Source: Amoeboaphelidium protococcarum X5
Taxonomy: Eukaryota > Fungi > Aphelidiomycota
NCBI GenBank assembly: GCA_023515725.1
Contig: JALDTO010000215.1
Coordinates: 335,053 to 399,052, forward strand
Reading direction: 5' to 3'
Length of the DNA stretch: 64,000 nt
Part shown: positions 54,273 to 64,000 of the stretch, piece by piece
Layout: each line of letters begins with the position of its first letter
Numbering within the stretch: position 1 is the stretch's first letter
Program-made: the position numbers and the translations under genes
Notes under the pieces: model-generated
The model's database searches: none
What the model was told of the DNA's origin: nothing
Seen by the model: the letters and a program-made list of their open reading frames with translations, nothing else

Positions 54273-54402
54273 TTGAAGTTAATTATGTATAAAGTACAAT
54301 TGATTATAAAACATGACTTATATATTAACATGAAATGAATTTTTGAACACTGAATAGCTGTTGCTTGATGGTATATTTTGATAATGACTATAATAAGAGG
54401 GC

Positions 54403-55729
54403 TCAATCCCTGCAATTTCTTACGCATCCTTGACTTCGTTCACAGTAAATCTACATCATTTTAGCATTAGAATATAATTATTCCCAAAGAAAGTTATAAT
54501 CTTACCTCTGAAGACCCACAAAAACCAAATTTACTACAGCATAAGTTATTAGGGCAATCATTAAACTCGTCGCAAGTATATGGCGCAAGAGTACTTTGCA
54601 CATAGTTCACAGTAGATGTAAAGGAGAAGGTGGCACTAAGTTCAGTAGTAATCAAACTAGTCAAAGTGATCAAGGTACCAGAAGGTTCAGGATTAACGTC
54701 TGGCTCTATAGTCGACGTGAATACGAAAGGCACACTAAAAGTAGTGGGAATTTCCAGAACGGTTGTGATGGGCAGCAGAGATCGACTCACGGTACTAACA
54801 ATCGTCTACGTACTCGGTTCCAATGTTACTGTTTACGTCAGAGTAGGAGTGTCAATCACAGGAATATCAGTCTATGTTATCGTAGCAGGAGGCAGTTGAG
54901 ATAATGACGTTGATGTTTATATAACCGTCACCGATACAGTCTGAGTCTGAATTTGAGTTTGAGTCAATGTTTCAGTTGGAAGTTGAGTAGGAGTGGTAGA
55001 GGTGGAGGTCGTGACGGTACCAGAACAGCCACTTACACACCCATTTTCAGGCAGACAATAATCTGGAGTGATTCCACAAAAACCAATAGCGCCACAGCAC
55101 CAACCATTAACATTACATAGCTGATTACCAAACTGAGGTCCGCATTGATAATTGGTAGGGAGACAAGCACCAAAATCAATCTAACAGCCTTGATTGACAT
55201 CACAGTCTGAATCCCCGACACCACATAGATTATCAGCATTACAGCATGTGCCGGGTGGACACTAGCCTTGACCGACACCACATTGCTATGCGACTACAGA
55301 TACATTGCGCGACGATGAAGCGGCTCCAGGAAGTGGTCTGAACACAAGTTGAGTTTTTGGGAAGCAGAAGCCACCGTTCAGCTATCGATCGCAGTTGATA
55401 CCACAAGAGAATGGGTCTGTGGCACAAAACCCAGCAGTATTACAGCAATCTGTCTAACCTCTGCAACTAGTTCCCGCAGCTGTAGCGCTTCCACACTAGT
55501 CCGCATTCTTATAGCTATTACAAAGACCGTACCCAACTTTACAACCTCTGCCGCAGTACGCTTTACCCGTTCCACAGAAACCTCGAGATGAACAGCATTG
55601 AGGAAATTCACATGTCAAGTTGCCACGACCACACTCAGCAGCATCCAAGGAGTGAACAGAAAATAGCAGCACCCACACGCAAGAGACTAGGATAAATCGA
55701 ACAAGTGTCCTGAGTTCCATTATCAGCAT
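54403..55729 (-). CDS. Secreted chitin-binding lectin-like protein with 5 hevein/CBM18 domains (intron 54451-54505)
   Basis: Signal peptide; CCSSRGFCG, CCNTAGFCA, CCNADNLCG, CCGAIGFCG, a Thr-rich linker, then CCSKFGFCG. Confidence 0.88.
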
Positions 55730-56505
55730 TTACTCACTCAGAGGCCAATATTATAAAGGTGGGCTGATTGTTTCAAAATAAAAGCTCATTGTTTCATCTT
55801 GACGCGTTTCACATTAGATAACAAACGATTGTTTTGATGGTCTCGTACGCGTCATGGTGGACCATTCTCTCACTTTGCTATCAAGAATACAACGTACATC
55901 TCACTTTTCAATATCGGCGATTAGAATAAGTGTGTCTGTGCTTGTCGTCATTAAACTAAGATGAATAATAATTGCTCTATATAATGACATATGAAATGAA
56001 CTGAAATGTCTCGCAATTAACTGTTTTATGGTCATATCTGGCGTCTCAAGGTGATACAGATCTGATAAAGTTGAAATGAGCGATTTACTTACTGACACTA
56101 CACCCGACACTTTATTGACAGAGTCAAAGAGCCTATGAATGCTCAACAAGCTATTTGAATAGAATAAACTCAGATATCATTCCCAAGCTGAACATTAGAT
56201 CTGAATTCTTCCAGGTCGTAATTATACCGAGACTACCCGCGCCCACCGAGCGGCGAAAATTCAACCTTAACCAAGAGAACGCGAGCGCGATTTGTTTCTG
56301 CCGATCTTCTCGCTCCGCCGCCACTGGATAGCTGGCTGGCTGGAGATGTTTGTGAGTGTTTTCATCGCCCGATTCCCCTTTCTCTCTCCGCTTTGTAAAT
56401 CAATCAACCGCACGCTTAGAAAAATACAAAAAAAGTAAGAAAATCATTATCATCCTTGTTATTGATCATATCTCACATCATAATATTATTATTTGTCTGT
56501 AGAAA

Positions 56506-58449
<1,944 letters not shown>

Positions 58450-58792
58450 ATCGTTTAGGAGCAGAAGAAGATTTATTTAGAATAATGAAAGCGTTTGGCG
58501 GGAATAAATAATTGAAAATTGAAAGGGAGCTTGACCTTTTCTGTCTTATGTTTTACTTATTTTTTTATTTGTAAACTCTTATAATACGCATATGGCGGTG
58601 TGTTACCGTTATTTACTAACTTACCGTGTTAGCCGCCTGTAATTTTCATTTTTGAATTCTGTTCTGATCCGCTCGCTCCTTTACCTCTTCTTCTATAAAT
58701 TATCTCAGTCTTGCTATAAAGTCAGCGGAATTAACCAACTTTTGTTCGCTACTTCTAAAAAAGCTATAGATTCAGTCCTAAAAGATATAATA

Positions 58793-59215
58793 ATGTCGTA
58801 ATTGTTGAAGAGAATTGGAGAAATGGTGAGGCCATATCTGGTGGTTAACGCAGAGCATGTCGATGCTCACGATGTTCTCAATGCTAGGACTTACCGGCGT
58901 GCATCTGCCACTCTGGAGAAGGTGATGTCTTCAGATTAGTAATCACCTACATACAAGACTGGAACTAATCCGTACGGAAAGCTGGCGAATAATTACTATT
59001 TTAAAAGAGATCTTAGGAGATCATTCCCATAAACTGTAGTGATGAAGAATCCAGATTTCGCCAGTGTTAATGACGGTCAAGTGAAAGCTCTACCAAGTTC
59101 AACTGAAGGTGCAGCGACTGGTGAATTTAATGAGACTGTACTGCCTGGTAAGGAGGTTAAATTAAATTACTCGTCATATCCTTCAGAATATGAGACTATC
59201 ACTTACTTTAAATGA
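58793..59215 (+). CDS. Complex I accessory subunit, NDUFA7/NUZM-like
   Basis: KLANNYYFKRDLRRSFP motif; 140 aa. Confidence 0.7.
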
Positions 59216-59261
59216 TTGATAATAAGAATAAAGAATTGAATTTGTACTGATATAAAGAAGA

Positions 59262-60683
59262 TCACTCTTTAGATTTACTCTTGCTCTTCTTCAACTTTTT
59301 ACCACTAGATTTACCAAGAGAATTGGACTGCTGCACCTGCGCAGGAAATCGTTCAATGTAAGACATCTTACGGGTGGAGTCCATAAACTCGGCCAGGACT
59401 TGATCAGTGACGCGTAATCTGCGCTCCTAGAAAGCAGTGACAAACTAGCTGAGCACTTGAGAACACTTTCCCTTCATCTCTCCCGATGTCCACTCTCCGG
59501 ATCTATACAGCGTACCGATACGCTCAACCTCCGCATCATCATCCAAGAAGAATCTCATATACTAGTACGAGACATCAACTTCAGTATCGCCACCCAACTA
59601 TCTGTGAATCTCCAGCGTTTCTCTTCCACCACTGAAGGCGTACTTTTTAATCTTCTTCTCCACTTGGGAAGGTGTATCAGTCATATAGATAGTACTAGCA
59701 GCCATGGACGCTGACATTTTAGAGTGAGATCCCAGTAGAGATGGAAAGAACTTTGAGTGGATCAGTGCAGGCTTTGGATGATTGAGACGTTTGGATACAT
59801 CACGCGTCAATCTAAAGTATGGATCCTGATCGATGGCACACGGGATAAGACATGGTACATCTGTGCGATCGCCGAATATATGGCTAAAAGTACTGCAAAA
59901 TGCAGGTGCAGCCTACACAGCGACAAATGCCAACTTTCCAATGCTGGCAGAATCATCAAATCCGAAAGCAGACTTGCTCTAATTCGTGTTGATACACTTT
60001 TAGATGCGCACGGTATTACGATAAAATGATCCACCCATGTAGTTCAAGTTGGAGAATATAAACGTAAGTGCAGGGTCAAATCCGATAGCAATTATGTCCT
60101 TGGCATTATCCAAAGCGTACTAATGGCACTGCTCCAGAGTGAGATCTTTGAACAGAAATTTCTCATCGTCCGTCAGCTGAATCACCAGCGGAACTTTAAA
60201 CACTTCCTACAGCCATTTACAGAATAGGAATGGAATCATATGACCAAGATGCATTGATTCGCTGGATGGTCCACGTCCAGTATACAGGTAGAATGGCTCA
60301 TTCTTCTCCACACGGTCCAGAAGTTCAGATAGATCTCGATGAGAGAAGAAGATGCCGCGCGTAAGGAAGTGATGCAATTGAATTTCACTAACATCTGCTG
60401 CTGGTACCTACTCCCCATGACGCTCCTTCACCAACTTGATCGCATTCCTGAATCTCTGCAAAAGCCCTTCATCAATAGCCATAGACCCAAATTCAGATAT
60501 CAGCTTATTGTAATCAATCGCCTATGCAACGCCATCAACCACAGCACCTTTCACATCCCAGGGATCAACCGATTATGACGCCTCCTATTACTGAGGTGCC
60601 AATTCTTTACGCTCATTTGCAATTTCTAAACTCTCCATCGAACTCTGAACAGAGGCCTACAATGAACTGTCTTGCTTCGACAT
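59262..60683 (-). CDS. WRS1: Tryptophanyl-tRNA synthetase, cytosolic
   Basis: [39 protein letters not shown]. Confidence 0.97.
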
Positions 60684-60885
60684 GACTAATCAAATCAACA
60701 CACGCTCTTGTGGAAAAAAAACTACTTTCTTTAGAGAGAAATGGAAAAAGAAAAGGATCTCGTCCGCGTGAACGCAATTTTCTACAAACAATCGAGACAG
60801 TGCGAGAGATTTTCTTTTATTGTTCAGCTTTAGACTTGAGACGAATTTCATCATTAATATACAGTGTAAGGCGGCGAAGAGAGAA

Positions 60886-61453
60886 ATGATCCGTGTCGCG
60901 TTTTAAACAACTGTTGGGGATTTCATGGTGGAGCTGTATCGAGAGCACGCCGCCCAGACTTGTGATGATTTCGTACAATTGATATAATCAAAGTATTACA
61001 ATGATTCTTACATTCACAGAATAGTGCAGGTAAATAATATTATGACGTTTAAACAACTAATTTAAGATTTTGGTTATCTGATTGTACGTGTAGGACTACG
61101 TTTTGCAAGGGGGCATGCGGTTGTAAGACATTGCTCAAGACTCCGATGAGTTTAGAGAGAAAATCGAGTCGTTTCATCTGGGATAAATCAGCAGAGATTT
61201 GAGGCATACAGGAGCTGGTGTATTCGGCCTAGTCAGAGATGAGACTACTGGTAAATTCACTGGTCAGTTTTATATAACGCTTGCCCCGACACCATCGCTG
61301 GATAGAAAGCAGGTGATCATTGGACGCGTCTGTGAGGGGATGAAAGTTGTCAAAAAGCTGTCTCTCCTACAGACTGATGTGAATGATGTTCCTGTTGAGG
61401 AAGTAAGGATCGTATCTGCTGCCATTTCTAATCAAGACACTGATGAACCATGA
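60886..61453 (+). CDS. Divergent cyclophilin, PPIL1-like (intron 61030-61093)
   Basis: TTVGDFMVELY..HA..T, HRIVQ|DYVLQGG, LRHTGAG, QFYITLAPT..LD.K....GRV. Confidence 0.8.
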
Positions 61454-61514
61454 ATATATACAACTTAAAATTCAATTTATACCGAGTTATTACTACAATA
61501 ATAAAAGACACAAT

Positions 61515-63173
61515 TCACATTCTAGATATTCCGTAAATGTTTCCGCCTAGAACTTTGTTGCCATAGCAGACGGAGAGACAGAGGGCAATGACAGTTCTGG
61601 TGTCTCGTGGATCGATGACACCATCATCTAGGCAGCGGGAGGAGGTGTAATAGACATCGCTCTCTGATTCAACCAGTTGGCGGAACATTTCTTTACGCAT
61701 CTCAGCCTGCTATTCCATCTCTGGAGACAGTTTCTTCCCCCTCTTCTGTAGACCGTCCTTCATAATCTAGTCCATCACACCGACCAGCTGATCACTTCCC
61801 ATCACACTACACTTGGACTGGGGCCAGCTGAATAGAAAGCGCGGGTTATACGCTCGACCATTCATAGCGTAGTTGCCAGCACCAAATGACGCCGCCATCA
61901 TGATGGTGATCGTGGGCACCTTGGAGTTGGATACAGCATTTATGAATCTAGAGCCAGCCTTGATTATACCAGCTTCCTCATACTTTCTGCCCACCATGAA
62001 TCCGGTAATATTCTACAGATAAATAATAGGAACATTCTTCATGTTACACAACTGGATAAATTGGACTGCTTTATTAGCATCCTCAGGGAATATAGGATTA
62101 TTGTTTGAGATTATACCCACAGGGAACCCATGAATATGCGCCCAACCAGTAATTAAATTAGGACCATAGAGGGGCTTGAAATCACTAAATCTACTCCCAT
62201 CTACAATTCTAGCTATAACTTCCATCGCGTTAAATGGAGTCTTTATACTGGCAGGCAGGACGCTAAGAATCTCATCCGGAGAGTATACAGGTTCTGAATA
62301 CTGGTGGAATAGATGCTACTACGGCAGCGGGGTCAACTTTTACCAATTGAAATACTTTATAAACTCTCTCACCTTCTTGATAGCATCATATTCATCCATT
62401 GCCAAATGATCAGACACGCCAGACTTTCGCGAGTGCATATCAGCGCCGCCCAGAGACTCATCATCAACCACCTCATTCGTTGCCATCTTTACCAGAGGTG
62501 GACCGGCCAAGAACACCTTTGCCTTATCCTTAACCAACACCGTGTAATCAGCCATACCAACAGTATAGGCACCGCCTGCGGTCGAACTTCCGAAACATAC
62601 AGTGGCAGTGGGAAGACCCATTTTACTTCTCTCAGCCATATGTCTGAACGATGCACCACCAGCATGGAATACTCGAAACTGCTGAGATAGATTAGCCCCG
62701 GCAGATTGAGTCAAATTGATGGAGGGAAGTCTGTTCTCTACACAAATCTAATGCAAACGGGCAGTCTTCATCACTGCAGCTTCATTTATAGCACCACCGG
62801 CCATAGTCGCTACATTAGCACTAATCATGCACTCAACGCCATTAACGAGACCGATGCCAGCAATAACAGACGCTCCGGTTGGAATACCATCTTACCCATG
62901 ACCAGCTAGAGCCAACAACTCCAAGAACGGTGAACCTTCATCAAGTACCAGTTCCACTCTATCTCTAGCGAGCAGCTGATGTCTCTAAAATTAATGTCTT
63001 GACACAACATCAGCCTTTTTGTGCTTTCCACTTCCATCAGAATTAACAGGAGGAGCTTGTAACAATCCCTGCAACAAGTTCTAGTTCAACTCATTAATCA
63101 CACCCAAATGATGTTCCCGATTCTTCTTGCACTACTCGCTACCAACAACAATCTGCGACTTAATCACTGACAT
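61515..63173 (-). CDS. Acyl-CoA carboxylase carboxyltransferase (beta) subunit, geranyl-/methylcrotonyl-CoA carboxylase family
   Basis: [50 protein letters not shown]. Confidence 0.9.
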
Positions 63174-63397
63174 TATTACTTACGGCAACTTTAAATTAAG
63201 TCCTACTAAGTCGACGCTGTGATGATAAACGACAGTAACAGGAACACCGTGGGAACGACTCTAAATGGTCTCTAGCGGAATCGAAAGCGCGTCGCTCTTT
63301 CCTTTGTGCGCATTCGATCACTTAAATCTTCTGCTTTACAACTTGGCGATAGAGTAGAACTTGGAATCTAAAGCATCGAATACTTAATACATACAGA

Positions 63398-63771
63398 ATG
63401 GTATGCTTAGAGATATTTTTGTTATTTTCAATCAACTTAATCATAATTCAATGTAGACTGCTCTGTTTAATTTCGAGTCTCTATTGTTAGTCATTCTGCT
63501 GAGTATATGCACTCTTACGTACGTCAAGTATCAATTCCCCTCTCTCCTCCCAGATTCCAAGTATCGACCTACCTCAAACAGTAATATTATTCTATTCTTC
63601 TTGACATTATTCAACTTTCCCAACATCCTTATGGTTTTTGTAGATGATATTACTAGCACAGGTGGCGTGTTTGGTCTAATGTGGAAGTTGGCGCGTATTG
63701 GTGAAAGATTGTCGTTTTACGTGGCGCTGTGTTGTATTGTAATGTCTGTGCGGATACTTGTGAAAGATTGA
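63398..63771 (+). CDS. KSH1: Protein Kish/TMEM167 (ATG-only first coding exon; introns 63401-63456 and probably 63581-63643)
   Basis: M|TALFNFESLLLVILLSICT.TY...WKLARIGERLS.YVALCC. Confidence 0.9.
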
Positions 63772-64000
63772 TGAGAAAATATGAAGTGAACAACTTCATT
63801 TAGATTATGCGTAGACGTTGCGATTATCGTAAAGAGTTGAAAATCTCAAATTGCAATATACAAATTTCATTACAGTATGAAAACTAGCCATTCAATGATA
63901 AAGAACATCAGCGCAAAAACAACATTGTATCACTTTGTCAGATCCGCGGATCCTCTAGCAATCTCAATCACCACTCCGATTTGGCCTTCAAGATGACTAA

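Noticed and set aside
63800-64000. 3' end of a minus-strand gene at the window edge
   Set aside because: A short TGA-free frame exists, but there is too little sequence to fix the frame, splicing or identity.

Overview
Gene-dense eukaryotic DNA from an early-diverging fungal or fungus-related (holomycotan) genome. It uses a non-standard code: TAA and TAG encode Gln and TGA is the only stop, so the supplied standard-code ORF track breaks almost every gene into fragments. This code, together with fungal-type genes, points to the aphelid Amoeboaphelidium (inference). Re-read with TAR=Gln, the window holds about 37 mostly intact genes with short (about 50-72 nt) introns. Housekeeping genes include SAC2-type phosphatase, PABPN1, PIG-M, PIG-T, MRPL3, RSP5, COQ2, cyclin E-like, TIM21, NMNAT, RCHY1, BUB2, a RhoGEF, NTF2, 6PGD, eIF3c, PAB1, TrpRS and Kish; several secreted proteins are also present. 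The main highlights are: (1) two convergent paralogous secreted proteins whose near-identical C-terminal domain resembles the bacterial Ca2+-dependent self-processing module of FrpC-type RTX proteins, carried on divergent mucin- or extensin-like stalks; (2) a head-to-head pair of consecutive kynurenine-pathway enzymes, an ALDH8A1-type dehydrogenase and a bacterial-type 2-aminomuconate deaminase; (3) a strongly constrained TGTAG 3' splice site with no CAG acceptors; (4) an AtuC-like carboxyltransferase ending in a PTS1-like SRM. All calls come from manual translation and remembered motifs; no searches were run.
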